DNA of 64,000 nucleotides from Lingula anatina (GCA_051362555.1 CM120647.1:20684651-20748650); one strand, 5' to 3'. Counted from the stretch's first letter, positions 1 to 13,125 are shown. Notes: generated from the letters alone by a model not told the origin. Program-made: numbers and translations.

Positions 1-161
1 GGACCCTTGCTGCTAACATACTTGTACAATCACCAGATTTTCCATATTCTACTCAACACAAGAGGAGGCATGTTAGACTGTTGATATGATTGCATTCAGC
101 AAGAGTCCTCGTGGAGTTGGACCAATCTATGTAGACTGCTAGTTTCATTGGAAATGAGCCC
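1..161. mobile_element. Harbinger-like MITE, family B (cut by window edge)
   Basis: Matches the right half of the element at 43130-43378 (GGAGGCATGTT...TGCATTCAGCAAGAGTCC...GGAGTTGGA...AATGAGCCC). Confidence 0.7.
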
Positions 162-282
162 GTATCACTTTCAGTTTAAAACAGTCTCAATGGGCAAGTG
201 GATTTTTAAAGCTGTATATTGTTCATAAAAATGAAAATATAAATTGACAAGATTGGCATTCTTTGCCTCTCAACTCGTCTCT

Positions 283-499
283 GTGACCATTCAGAATGAG
301 AAGAGCCGAGTGTTAGCTGGTCCTCAGCTGGTCCCTCGACCGGTCGAATTGAGCCCAGATTTTATTACTGTGCCCCCGTAGAGACGATGCATGAGGAGGC
401 ATGAAAGAGGCGGAGATATCGTTTCAGGATTAAGCGGTGTTCCTGTCATGTAGGCCGTGGACCAGCTAGCACTCGGCTCTTCTCATTCTAAATGGCCCC
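283..499. mobile_element. Harbinger/Tourist-like MITE, family D
   Basis: ~41-bp TIRs (GTGACCATTCAGAATGAGAAGAGCCGAGTGTTAGCTGGTCC / GGACCAGCTAGCACTCGGCTCTTCTCATTCTAAATGGCCCC); 3-bp TSD TCT on both sides; CpG-rich interior. Confidence 0.85.
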
Positions 500-520
500 T
501 CTGACACATCTCTCACTGTG

Positions 521-723
521 ATTTTACTGCTGTGGAGGTTATGGTGTTCTCTTCTTGTTTAGAGCCTTACTCAAAAAGTTTACTTGATGGATTTTAATAA
601 AATTTTCAGGAAATCCTGTTAGGTCATAAATAGGGAATTCCAATCCTTTATTAATTTATTAATCAACAATGAGAATTAAACTGCCTTGATAGAGGTCTTT
701 CCTGTCTGAGTCTTTTTCTAGTT
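521..723 (+). mobile_element. Degenerate small Helentron-type non-autonomous element (HINE/DINE-1-like)
   Basis: Diverged match to the copies at 7029-7263 and 49526-49761 (GGAGGTTATG...TTTTCAGGAA...TGCCTTGATAGAGGTCT...TTTTCTAGTT). Confidence 0.65.
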
Positions 724-2513
724 CATCATATTTTGAGGTCATATTTCGATAATATTATACATGTATATCTGACGTAAGGCTATATTAATATTTAATGAAC
801 CCTTATTTTGAAAAGCTAATTAGGTTGATCTGACGCTGGGAGACTTTGTTGTAAATTACCAATAAGAACTGCTAAAATAATGCATCATGGTATGCATACT
901 ATCCATGTTTGAAACTGTCCCAATGCCATATTTTCTATATATCTACATATCCTGCATGGTGTCTTAATGCTGCCCCAATTCAGACCTCAGGAATGATTTT
1001 TAAAAATCCTTTCATAAAAATACCTGATGTTGGCATTTCCTTCTCATACGTACAGGAAGACATGATGATCTAAATGTCTAAATGTTATGGAAAATATGCA
1101 AAAGTATTTAAATTACTTTAAACTGGTATACAACAATGGATCCAAGTGCAGGGATGAATCAAGCAAAGTTTGGTAAAGGGATTATCTTGAAAAAAAAAGG
1201 GCATTTTTTTAAACTCAGCCATGCTGTGTCAAATCCTGATTCCATGAATAATTACCGTAAAATTGATGAAAATAATAAGTCCAAACTCCATCAGCAATTT
1301 CCATAAGATTGATGAAAGTGATGAGCAAGTTGCATTCCTATAGATACAAATAGTGTCCTTATTAAAACTGTACAGGCTTGCTGTCAGTGATTTGGTAATT
1401 TCAGTTACATAATGACACTGTGGCAGACAGTGGGTGAGTTCAGACAAGAAATGCTTTGAACTGGACCTTGGGATAACTAGTGTCATAAAACAACTGGAGT
1501 GATTCCTCTCTGGAATGTCTCATACCCTCTATCAAACTGGTGGCATTTCTTTTGGTACTTTATATCAAGAATGCAAGTTTTTGTTTTTAGTATATAATTT
1601 TTTTCTGAGAGGATTTACATGCAGAATGGAGAAATAAAAATTACTTAGGTGTAATATATTGTCCTATAATCAGGTTGTCTGAAAAAACAAATAAGACCAA
1701 CTATTGGTCCCAAGTGGTTCTTGTGTAAACATACCCCATTGTCCCACTGCAAACTTATTTATCACATGACGGCTTTCAGGGAAAAAATATTGGTAAGCTT
1801 ATCTATTATGCTGTTGGGAGGATCAAGCTTACATCATTGATATAAACATCAATTTGTAAAAGACCCTTAGGATTAGTTTTGCTGTGTGAAAAGCATAACA
1901 GATACCTGCTGCAGTTTGTCCTGAAACATGTGCTAGAATTTACATAACTAGTATGACGTCAAGATAGTCTTGCCTTTTTTATTGCAAGAAAATAGATTAT
2001 AGAAAATTATGAATGGTCAAGTATAGGGATTCGGACACTTCAGTTACATTCACTTAAGAAACAGATAGTTTTGCATTGTGAAATAACTAAAGATATAGGA
2101 TAGAAGAAAAAGCTTGAAATGTATATTTCTAGTATGTAATTACCCATAATCTTATGGTTAGAGGGGCACTTTATCTTACACAGAGTAGCTCTTTTATGAA
2201 ATTCTCAGTCCATGCAAATTAAACAGAATGATTATTTCGATCATCGAACAACAGCTAAAATTCAGAGCACAGTAGATGAATTGTGTAGCTTGTTTATGCT
2301 GCATGGAGGTGCTTGTTTCTTCATAAGTTCATTCAGTGATGTGGTGCCTTGAAGGGGTATTCTGTCATATGTAACTAATGATGATGCTGTAATTAGTTTG
2401 ACTGTTAGCACTGTCATCTGTCATCATCTGATAGATGTCAGGTTGTGAATTTCATGTCTGTGCATAGTGATTTAAAGGTACAAAGGAAAAAGAATTTTCA
2501 AAAAACAGCAAAT

Positions 2514-2732
2514 ACAAACACACACACACACACACACACATATGCACACACACACACACACATGAACACACACACACATACATACACACACATACATACA
2601 CACACATATGCACACACACCCCCCCGCATGCACACACACACATACACACACACGCATGCACACACACACGTATGCACACACACACACACGCATGCACACA
2701 CACACACGCATGCACACACACACACACACACA
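2514..2732. repeat. Compound (CA)n microsatellite with CATG/TATG interruptions
   Basis: Read directly; explains the His-Thr and Cys-Val ORFs at 2445-2847. Confidence 0.95.
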
Positions 2733-3611
2733 TAAAATATATATTATTATGAAGATGAAGTTCATGGTGACAGAATGGCACATTCAAACATATATAGATC
2801 CCAGGCACTTCCCATTCTGCACCAGATGACATATTTATTTTATACAATATCTCATCTCATGGTGACAGGTATATTATTATTATTATTATATGAAGACTAA
2901 GTTCATCATTAAAAAATGATGCAATCAATGGAATAACAACCACTTCTACCTAGTTACTGTTACTTGTTTGTACCAATTCAGGTGGATTCATAAAGGATGA
3001 TATTCTGGGGGAAATCTAACAAAAGAATTTTTGACATCTGCCTATAAAGGAATATGTAATTTTCTTTTTGGAAATCTTACAATAGAATTTTTGAGGTCTT
3101 CCAAGCCCTGTGGCTCATTTTGGCGAGAGCCAAAAAATAAAAATGCATTTTTCTTATAATGCTTCTATAGCATTCTGTAAGACATCCAAATTCTCTTCAT
3201 AATTTATATGATTTGTATCACAAACTGCATTAATTCTGATATATTACAACCAGCACAAATGGGAATAAAAAAAACAATCATGGTATCTGAAGCAGGACAT
3301 TCTTAGAAAGCTATTTCAAAGGGGGGGGGGGGGGTGAAAAAGTAGTGTCTTTACTGCAACATCTACATTTATCTTTAATGGCATAGATCCAAAATGATTC
3401 TCACTTAAGCATGGACCTTTCCCTGGTCATTCTATCCCCCCTTCCCCCATATCCCTCTACCTACAGGCCTGTTTAAGTGTTATCTCACAGCTTTATCTCT
3501 TAATTTTATTATGTACAGACACAGATGTGTCTGTACATATAGCCATCCTCTGCGTCTGTCGTCGCCGTCGTCGCCGTCGGCGCCGTCGGCGCCGTCGTCG
3601 CCGTCGTGCAC

Positions 3612-4735
3612 TTTTACCGATAACACGATAAGTGGAACACCGTTTTTACTTTTGGCTTGAAACTTACAGAACTGATGAATATTCGTAATACGCAGGTCAA
3701 GTTCGAAAATCAGCATGATCGGTTCACTTATAGGGAATTTAGGCTGTTTTTTCACTTTTTTCAGCATATATGCAGCACCGATAACACGATAAGTGGAAAA
3801 TCATTTTACCTTTTGGCTTGAAACTTACAGAACTGATGAATATTCATAATACGCAGGTCAAGTTCGAAAATCAGCATGATCGGGTCACTTATAGGGAATT
3901 TATGCTGTTTTTTCACTTTTTTCAGCATAAATGAAGCACCGATAACATGATAACTGGAAAACTGTTTTACTTTTTGGCTTGAAACTTACAGAACTGATGA
4001 ATATTCATGATACGCAGGTCAAGTTCGAAAATCAGCGTGATTGGGTCATTTTTAATGAATTTAGGCTATTTTTTCTCTTTTTTCAGCATAAATGCAGCAC
4101 CGATAACATGATAAATGGAAAACCATTTTACTTTTTGGCTTGAAACTTACAGAACTGATAAATATTCATAATACGCAGGTCAAGTTCGAAAATCGGCATG
4201 ATTGGGTCATTTTTTAGTGAATTTAGGCTATTTTTTCTCTTTTTTCAGCATATATATATACAGCACCGATAACACGATAACTGGAAAACCGTTTTGGCTT
4301 TTGGCTTGAAACTTAGAGAACTGATAAATATTTATAATACGCAGGTCAAGTTCGAAAATCAGCATGATCGGGTGACTTGTAGGGAAGTTATGCTGTTTTT
4401 TTTTTACTTTTTTCAGCATATATGCAGCACCGATAACACGATAAGTGGAAAACAGCTTTACTTTTTGGCTTCAAACTTACAAAACTGATGAAGATTCATA
4501 ATCCGCAGATCAAGTTCAAAAATCAGCATGATCAAGCCATTTTTAGGGGAGTTATGCTATTTTTTCACTTTTTTCAACATATATGCAACACTGATAACAC
4601 TATATAAGAAAAACAGATAGGCCAATTGTCATTATACTTACAGGAGTGGTCAATCTTACTAAAATGCAGGTTGAGTTGGAAAATCAGCATAATCTGGCCA
4701 TTATTTTAGAAGTTATGCTGTTTTTTCACATTTCC
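3612..4735 (+). repeat. Tandem array of ~161-bp units (6 conserved + 1 degenerate)
   Basis: Marker ACCGATAAC (last copy ACTGATAAC) recurs at 3616, 3777, 3938, 4099, 4265, 4429, 4590; core GGCTTGAAACTTACAGAACTGATGAATATTCATAATACGCAGGTCAAGTTCGAAAATCAGCATGAT. Confidence 0.95.
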
Positions 4736-5136
4736 TCAGATTCAATTCTTAAGCATGTTAACAGTCTCATTATTTAACTAATAAGATACGTAAAAGTGTT
4801 TGTTTGATATTTCCTGCATCTTTACAACATTGTTAGTTGATTATGTAAAAATGATGGTAAACTTGATATCGTGTATTGTGTAATAAAGTGTCAAAAATGG
4901 AAATAAACTCATATCATATCATATTGCAGTTTGTTAGCTTCAATCATCAACTATGTTCAGAATCTCAGAATGGAGGAAATTGGACATTTAACACTGTTCT
5001 ATTGATATTTTTCCCATCTCATCAATTTTCTTAGTTGGTCATATAAAAATGGAAGTATACTGTTTATTTTGTTTTGTTTAAAAAGTGTTAAAATGGAAAT
5101 AAACCCATTTCAGAACAGTGCTGTCTTTTTTATAGT

Positions 5137-6620
5137 TTGGCATTTTTAAGATGTGACTTTGAAGTTCCATGAGCCTGCAGATCTTTGCTAGTCACATTTT
5201 CTGAATATCCATGATACTAATATTTTATGCTTAAAAATTGATGGTCATTATGCTGTAAAACATTATGTAATATTGCATCAAAATTTGAAGAAACCCCTAT
5301 TTTGGGCACTGCTCCCATGCTGACCATTTAAGGAAAGTCATGTCACTTACTGTTCTCAAACTTACAGGAAAGAAACATGGGACTAAAATATAGCTTCAGT
5401 AGGCAATGCAGTCTGTTTGGTAAATTTTTCTGGTAGTTAAGCAGTTTTTTTGTGAAAATTTAATTTTTCACATATTGGCATTTTCAATGTATGACTTTGA
5501 AGTTCCATGATCCTGAAGACCTTTGCTTGTCACATTTTCTGAATATGCGTTATACTAATATTTTATAATTAAAAATTGATGGTCATTATGCTGTTAAACA
5601 TTATGTAATGTTGCATCAAAATTTGAAGAAACCCCTGTTTTGGGCACTGCTCCCATGATGACCATTTAAGGAAAATCGTGTCAATTACTGTTCTCAGACT
5701 TACAGGAAAGAAACATGGGTCTAAAATACAGCTTCAGTAGGCAATGCAGTCTGTTTGGTAAATTTTTCTGGCAATTAAACAGTTTTTTGTGAAAATGTAA
5801 TTTTTCACATATTGGCATTTCCAAGGTGTGACTTAGAACCTCCACGGGCTTGAAGACCCATGCTAGTCACATTTTCTGAAAATTCATGACACTTATATTT
5901 TATTATTAAAAATCGATGGTCATTATGCCGTTAAGCATTATGTAATGTTGCATCAAAATAGAAGAAAACACAATTTTGGGTGCTGCTGCCTTGATGACCA
6001 TTATGGGAAAACTGTGTTACTTATTACTGTCAAACTTTCAAAAAAGAAACACAGGACTAAAATGCAGCCTGAGTTGGAAAAGCAGTCTAATTGGCTTCTT
6101 TTTCTGGAAGCTATACATTTTAGTGTAATATTCATTATCTTTTTGGCATATTCATTGTGGGACTCAGAGCTCCCATGAACATGAAGCCGAATGGTAATCA
6201 TATTTTCTACATGTCCATCCTATTTATAGTCAATAAACAAAAATTGGTGATAATTATTCTCTAATTTATTATGTAATGTTACATCAAAATTGACAACAAT
6301 CGTTTTGCACTGCTACTGCAAACATTATGAAAAGAAAACTGTGCTACTTATTATCATTTTTAACTTACAAGTACGATTTTTAGGATTGGCCTTCAGCTCA
6401 TATGAGAAAACCAGCTCTATTGGATTATCATTTTTATTGAATTTATGCATTTTTTGTGAAATTTTCATTTTTCTCATTCTGGCACTTTCTAAGTATAAAC
6501 TTGAACTCCGATGGGCCTGAAGCCTTATGCTTTTAATTTCGTCTGTGTTACCTGTTGTGCATAAGTTGATGTTGACTGTGCAGTTAAACATAATGTATTA
6601 TTGCATCAGGATTGGTAGTC
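5137..6620 (+). repeat. Diverged tandem array of ~335-bp units
   Basis: Marker TTGGCAT at 5137, 5475, 5812, 6143, ~6479; CATTATGTAAT-like marker at ~5261, 5599, 5936, 6267, 6590, with decayed copies near 7396 and 7724. Confidence 0.85.
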
Positions 6621-6903
6621 TCCTATTTTGGGCATTATGGTTTTGTGCTTTTCTTAAAGTGTGACTTATGGGCCTAAAGACCTTTGAGTGGGTCAGTCTG
6701 TAAATTACCCTTGGGTATCACTAGATTAATTTCAGAGTTATAAAGTCATTTGCCTTAATAGGCCATTAAATGAGATTACATAAAGCACACTTGTTGATAT
6801 TTCCCTGTAAACTCCCAAAGGTAAAGCTCTCTGCTAGATTAATAATAAGGAAGCAGTGATAATTATGCAGGTAAATTTTGTTTAATATTGCAAATAAGTT
6901 TTA

Positions 6904-6907
<4 letters not shown>

Positions 6908-6981
<74 letters not shown>
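6908..6981. repeat. (TA)n microsatellite
   Basis: Read directly. Confidence 0.95.
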
Positions 6982-6983
<2 letters not shown>

Positions 6984-7028
6984 AACTGGAAGATTAAAAG
7001 TTTGAATAGCATCTTCATTGGAATTATA

Positions 7029-7263
7029 TTTACCTCAAGCTCTGCCAAGGAGGTCATATTTTTACCCTCGTTTGTCTGTCATCCACATAACACAAAAAGT
7101 TATGGCCTGATTTTGCAGAAATTTTCAGGAACTGTCGGAAGTGGGCCAAAGAGGACAATGATTAATTTTTGGTGGTGGTCTGGAACAATAATCAATCAAT
7201 TATCAATAATAATCAACAATTGCTGCCTTGGCAGAGGTCTGCACTCTCAAAGTGCTTTTCTAG
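7029..7263 (+). mobile_element. Small Helentron-type non-autonomous element nested in the large one
   Basis: subTIRs CTCTGCCAAGG / CCTTGGCAGAGGT, 3' hairpin GCACTCTCAAAGTGC (7241-7255), then TTTTCTAG; aligns along its length with 49526-49761. Confidence 0.85.
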
Positions 7264-7956
7264 CTTTGTTATGTTTTCCTTTATAATTTTTTCTCAAACA
7301 CTTGCATTTGTGACTTTTAACTCTCATCTGCCTGGGGCTCTGCACATTTTCTGTATTTCCACATAAGCAGTTGTATTGTTTTTTATGTCTTTAAACATTA
7401 TGTAATATTATTTTATGCACTGTCATCAATTTTCAAATATTGAGAGTTTCATAATGTGAATTTGAACTCTCATGGTCCTGAAACTGTAATTTTATTGAAG
7501 GGGTGGACCATCTTCTGGGTCTTCCTGAAGACAGTCAGGTTATTAAGTTTATATTGACTGGTATCTATTTTTTTCTGTTGGAAGACCATCAAAATGGAGG
7601 ATGGATCAACATAGATACTTTGTAATACTGTCAGAAAATATCTCTGGGTCCGCTCCTGTTATTGACCATGTTACCTGTTGTGCAAGATTAAAATTCAGTG
7701 TTGACTGACAGTGCTATTATAAGCATTATTTATTATTGCATCAAAATTGACAAAATGACCTTTTTTGCATCTTTATTTTCTGTGTTTTGTCTGTACATTT
7801 GACAGCTTTGCTGCCTTGTTAGCCTAGCTATTAAAACACTTCTTCCAAATTTACCTTATAATATTCATCCCATGGTACCTGGGTACCTTCTCATGTACCT
7901 GTGAACAGTGCAAGGGTTAAAACACATCTGTAACACTTAAAGCTTTGAACTTCATT

Positions 7957-8130
7957 CAGGCCTGTAATTAGCATTTTGAAGGGAGAGAGGTCTTTTTTTC
8001 TGAAAAAAAGTTGACCTTTTTACCATGATGGCACAAAACCTAGATCAGATTTTGATCCAAAACAGACCTTTTCCTGACCAAAAGGGTGATTTTGTATAAG
8101 CCCTATCCCAAAGTCCTCCCACCCCCTTCT
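7957..8130 (+). mobile_element. Dispersed non-autonomous DNA element, family F (degenerate)
   Basis: CAGGCCTGTA end, AAAAGT(T/G)GACCTTTT and ACCTAGATCAGATTTTGATCC motifs shared with copies near 17365, 34100, 54773 and 58075. Confidence 0.6.
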
Positions 8131-9022
8131 TACTTGTATTTACTGGTTAATATTGCAATACAAGGATGCCAATACCTACAGTATGTATTCCTTGCTTCCT
8201 TGAATGTGGTACCAAACTGTTTCTCGCTATAGCCCAAGTGAATTCTTCTTATGAATAAACAGTTCCATAGAGACTACATTTCCCAACAAGCAGTCACATT
8301 GAATATGAGCATTTATGCTGGTTTGCCTTGTTCATATACTAATGGTGCCATATACATGTAGCTGTCATATATCTATTTATAAGTCACAGTGATGGAATTA
8401 TTTTCTTGGCAAAGTTTTTTTAACGCTTTCACAAATCAGTGCAGCGGTGCCTACTTTTAATGGCATTGTTTTAAAAGCTTTTTGAAGTGTTATTAGAAAC
8501 TAGTATCTCTTACTTTCGTAAGTGAAAGTCCCACTTTGTTGCTGTACAGTAAAGGTGTTATCAGGGAAGGCTTTGTTGGCAGTGATAGATAAAAAAAGAA
8601 ATATTCTCCTGGTTTGTTTGTGCAGTGTATCTACCAGCAAGACTGTTAGTTGACAACGTCAATGTTGTTACATTTCGTCAGTACTGTTTATGTCAGCGCC
8701 TTACCAAATATCTTTAATGTGTGATAAGTTGACTTCTCCCTTGCTTCCCCATAGGCTCCTATACTTGATTTATGACAAATAAGTATTCTGACAGTTTATC
8801 TGCTTAATGTGTTGGCTCTAATCTTTGGTACCTTAACTGCATTGGGGTTTGATCCACAACTTAGGTTTTCTTTCCTGTCGTGTTTCAATTTAGTTCCTCA
8901 GGGACTCCAAATTTGAGTCTGTACATTTAGCCTGCATGAAAATCCACTGTAAATTCAATGATGATCAAGCACGCCTGCATGTAGGTAACAGACTGTGGCA
9001 ATGTTGCATGACCCGTTGTTCT

Positions 9023-9069
9023 TTTCTTCTCTTCTCTTCTCTTCTCTTCTCTTCTCTTCACTTCTCTCT
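9023..9069. repeat. (CTTCT)n microsatellite
   Basis: Read directly. Confidence 0.9.
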
Positions 9070-9422
9070 GTCTCAGCAATAACACACTCACAAGTTGGGA
9101 TGAATGTCAGGCCAACATTAGTCTGGCTCAGCCGGCAGACAAGGCAAAGATGATTGGGTGAAGCCAGCAGAGGGGGCCATCTCAAAGTGATAAGTCGAAA
9201 AGATTTCATTCAAAGTATAAATTAGATTCATAGGTTAATTGTCTACCTCCTCAGTGAAAAATGTAGAAACTGATGTTTCTTGGAGAGTAATGGAAAATGA
9301 AACATATCTGTAGATTTGTAAAATTAACACAGTAGATACAGTGCCTGGAAGAGTTTGATTATGGATGTGAGTAGAAATATTATTCAAGTTTAATGTTTGT
9401 ATTGTTTTTAATTGATTATTGA

Positions 9423-9424
9423 TG

Positions 9425-9484
<60 letters not shown>

Positions 9485-9508
9485 GTAATAATAATAATAA
9501 TAATAATA
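9423..9508. repeat. (AAT)n microsatellite
   Basis: Read directly. Confidence 0.95.
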
Positions 9509-10002
9509 GTATTTTCTCTTGTACATGAAGAAAATTGAAATATGAAATGTCAAGGAGAAAGCAGAGTTTGAGTCAGAAAGTATTACTTTTGAGACGATAT
9601 GAAGTATCTTAAAATGAAAATTATGTTGTATATTATCTAAATGAGTGATATGTTGTATATTATCTAATTCATTCAGTCACAGTGACTTATAGCTTTATAC
9701 ACCCACATCACAAGGGACTGTCTCAAAGATACCTTGTTTTTATCTGTACTTTTATTTTTCCCTCATATATTTCATTTATTTATGTATTCATATATTTATT
9801 TTATTTATTGATCCTTTATAATATTTATGTTGTTTTGTTTTTCGGTGTATATTTATTATTACAGTCTGCCTTGTTTATATGTTCAATTAATATTCAATTT
9901 AGATATTTGCTTATATAGGGGTAGAAAAGTTGATAGCAAGTAATTATTACTTAATCCAAACAAAGATTTTTAATAAAAAGAGTAACCTGTGTGCTCATGT
10001 GG

Positions 10003-10004
<2 letters not shown>

Positions 10005-10057
<53 letters not shown>
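10005..10057. repeat. (TA)n microsatellite
   Basis: Read directly. Confidence 0.95.
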
Positions 10058-10060
<3 letters not shown>

Positions 10061-10448
10061 CAATTTAAACACCCACAAATATCCAATTTCCTTCCTGTGA
10101 CATTTAGCTGTGGTCATTCATCAGGAGCTAAAGTACACCTACACAAACTTCATTTAACAGCCACAAGACCAGGATTACTAATTAGTCTGTTTCAAGACAA
10201 ATACCATGCAGGCAGAGGGTAGACTATTTTAGTATCATATGTAAATGATTAGGGGTCCTCTGAGATATGTGTTTCCCACCTATATCTACATATATTAAGT
10301 TTTATTATTATTTTATTAAGTTGGGAGATAGATCGGGCATAGGGGGAGTGGAATCATGTCTTACTTTCTTCAGTTAGTTTCAAATAATGATATGAAATTA
10401 TTTAACCAAATGTTGGATGTGCCTTGACTATTTTGGTCACATGCGCAT

Positions 10449-10450
<2 letters not shown>

Positions 10451-10505
<55 letters not shown>

Positions 10506-10575
10506 TTGCAGAAAGAAAAGATGAAGTTGGAGGAAGGAGCACAGGGAGCAAAGATAAAGATAGAATGCTTTGGTT

Positions 10576-10617
<42 letters not shown>

Positions 10618-10620
10618 AAG
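10451..10620. repeat. (CA)n(GA)n and a second (GA)n microsatellite
   Basis: Read directly (10451-10505 and 10579-10620). Confidence 0.9.
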
Positions 10621-13078
10621 TTGGGAGGCAGAGAGCAAGAGACTCAAATATTATTTTATAATCATCTGAGAATTCCAGGCAGAATAACCTTTTTTGAACT
10701 GGCCTGTTTATGTGTGGTATACTGGCCATGTTCATGAAAAAGCAATTATCTTTACCACTTGCTTCTGAACCCAGAGTTTCATTGATAACTTTGTGAGCCC
10801 CCCCCCCCCCCCCCTCCTTAGAAAGTAGCTACAGAGTACCAAAGTTGACTCAATCTGAAACCCAGGGTGATTTTTTAAGAATTGTGATAGCAAGTGAACG
10901 AGGATGCCTTAATGTAGTTATGTATACTTCTTTGAACTGCTTTCTATACCTTCTAAGAGGTGACTGCATGCAGTAAAACGGGGCATGTTCTAAGAACAGA
11001 AGTCTATGATGATAGGCAACCTTTAAAGATAAATAGGATCTGAGCAAGTGTACTTCTTTCAAATATGCTATTTTTATATTATCATTCATTATCCTAAAAA
11101 AAAACATGTAGTTTAGCATTCTCTTAAAACTACCTTTTTAGTCATGTTTTAGTGACATTTATTAAGAAAAATATTAAATTGCATTTGTAATTTATAAAAG
11201 TTTTAGGTTTCAGAATTCCTGTGCATACTGTCATCTTGTACTAGTATCATTATATTGATGTATGCAGTGCTCGTTAAGTCAGGGTTATTATAAAATATAT
11301 AAATGTACTACAATAATAAATTTATTATGAAATACATGAATATGAGGGTCCAATAAATTCCTCTGGGCATCAGAAATTTCAGAATCCCAATTCATATGTG
11401 CCAATGAGATGTACATAATTATATATATATAATATTAGTTACCCTGTACACATTCCCCCTAATGTGAAACTATTCAGTGTTGAAAGATGCTTTTAGCAGC
11501 TACTTATTTCACGGCAACAGTTACATGTAGGGCAGCCAAGAGATAGAGCTAACTGCTGTCGAGGTGAATTACACTCTCTTTGGATGAGCACTACCTAAGC
11601 CTAGGAAAATTGGTCTAATTTGCTTCGTTAGAAAAAAAGGGCTACTCAGCCAGGAATTTCAATACGCCTAGTGCAGAGAGGCATCTATCTGTTTGATAAG
11701 GTCAGATTGGTAAAGATTTCCTTTGTACCCTCTGCATGTGAATACTTAGTCAATTATCATAGCCTGATTACATAACAGCATTATATCAATCTTAAACCGG
11801 TTTAAAGTCATTCTTGTCTGAATGTGCTTTACAGGAACTTTTCCAGCCAGGTTTGGTCAGTTTAACTTAGCAAACATTAACCCACTTATATAATTGTAAT
11901 TTTGTTGTGTAAATTATAGGAAGCCTGTCTTATCGCATTTCTGTCCCACACATTATTGATTATAATCCAATATAAATGGGCTTTCTTTAGTTAGAAATTG
12001 AAATTACATACAATGTATGTGCCGAATTCAGGTGTCAGAAATTGACTGGAAATCGGTATACTTTATAGTGATCTAACAGTGTGACCCTGCATAAAATGTG
12101 GTTCATATTTAGTTGATTACTAAAGGTATATTATACACATTTGAAAATAAACCATAGTCATATTTTGTATTAGTACATATCCTGCAAGGGTACCACTCTT
12201 TCCCAATTCAGACATTAAAAGCAAAAAAAAAAAAAAAAAAAAAATGCAATGAAAATATCTGATATCGATATTTGATTCTGAATGATACTATAAAAAGAAG
12301 AGAGGGCAGCCAAAACATTTGGTCAGGCATTTAGAACTAAAATATTTAGCTAGAAATGGTTTAAAAGATTGAATCCAACTGCTTGAGTTCGTCAGACAGT
12401 GCTTCTTGAGAAGGAGATAATTCAGGAAAATTTGATTGAGTGCTAAAATCTCAGATAGGATACCCTTAAAAGGACCATCAATTACCCTTATCTTAAAGAG
12501 ACCAAATAACATCTTGATTATAGTGACATTAACTGCTCTGATGGCAATCAAGTTGGTTGTCACACAGTATGACTATACACATGTGTCCTGGCAAAAGTTC
12601 AGCTTCAGATTCAGACTTGGTTCACTGGATGTTTATATAGATGTGAACAAGGCACATTTCTGAGACTTTTGAAAAGAAAAATCATTGCCCATCCCCAGTT
12701 TACTTGTTTTTTCAGATTGATTTCAATGGCAAATTACAATGAGTGAATATTTGGAATTGCATCATTTTCATTGAAGCAAGAAAAGCTGTCACTTGTTAAC
12801 ATTTGTCAGAAGATTCTAAGGGTGAGCATAAATTCAATTTGTTGCACTGAATGTCAAATGTGATAGGAAAAATGGATGTGCAATAAATACTTGATTTGCC
12901 AATAAACTAAGCATTCACATGTATCAAGAAGTACTTCAGTATATGATTGCATTTCAGGAAAAAATAGTTCTTAGGAATAGAGGAGTTTATGAAAAAAAAT
13001 CAAACTATGAGCATTGGACATTGACAAAAAAAAATAGTAAATTTTCCTGGAAATTTGAAATGTCCTAAATGTCCAAGG

Positions 13079-13081
<3 letters not shown>

Positions 13082-13125
<44 letters not shown>
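13082..13125. repeat. (TG)n microsatellite
   Basis: Read directly. Confidence 0.95.

Larger units (their letters stand above)
3505..7820 (+). mobile_element. Large Helentron-type non-autonomous element carrying satellite arrays
   Basis: 5' T-run, then subTIR ATGTACAGACAC (3511-3522) with its inverted copy GTGTCTGTACAT (3527-3538), then a (GTCGCCGTC)n microsatellite and tandem core repeats. 3' end has the inverted subTIR GTCTGTACAT (7789-7798), hairpin GACAGC-TTT-GCTGCC (7801-7815) and TTGTT. This is the known DINE-1/HINE/pearl layout. Confidence 0.75.

Noticed and set aside
1405-1433. Possible 29-nt micro-exon (TTTCAG...GG|GTGAGT)
   Set aside because: Weak pyrimidine tract, length not a multiple of 3, and no resemblance to LSD2.
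2445-2847. His-Thr and Cys-Val rich ORFs
   Set aside because: Translations of the (CA)n microsatellite.
3480-4488. Similar ORFs MLKKVKK...IMLIFELDLRI suggesting a small gene family
   Set aside because: Readings through the 161-bp satellite units, with frames broken between copies.
3612-4735. CRISPR-like appearance of regular repeats (also at 37597, 54335, 57554, 60933)
   Set aside because: Units are contiguous tandem copies without unique spacers; no cas genes; eukaryotic context.
7623-7634. TAATACTGTCAG resembling the 5' part of miR-8/miR-200
   Set aside because: Only a 12-nt match, no complementary star arm upstream, and it lies in decayed repeat.
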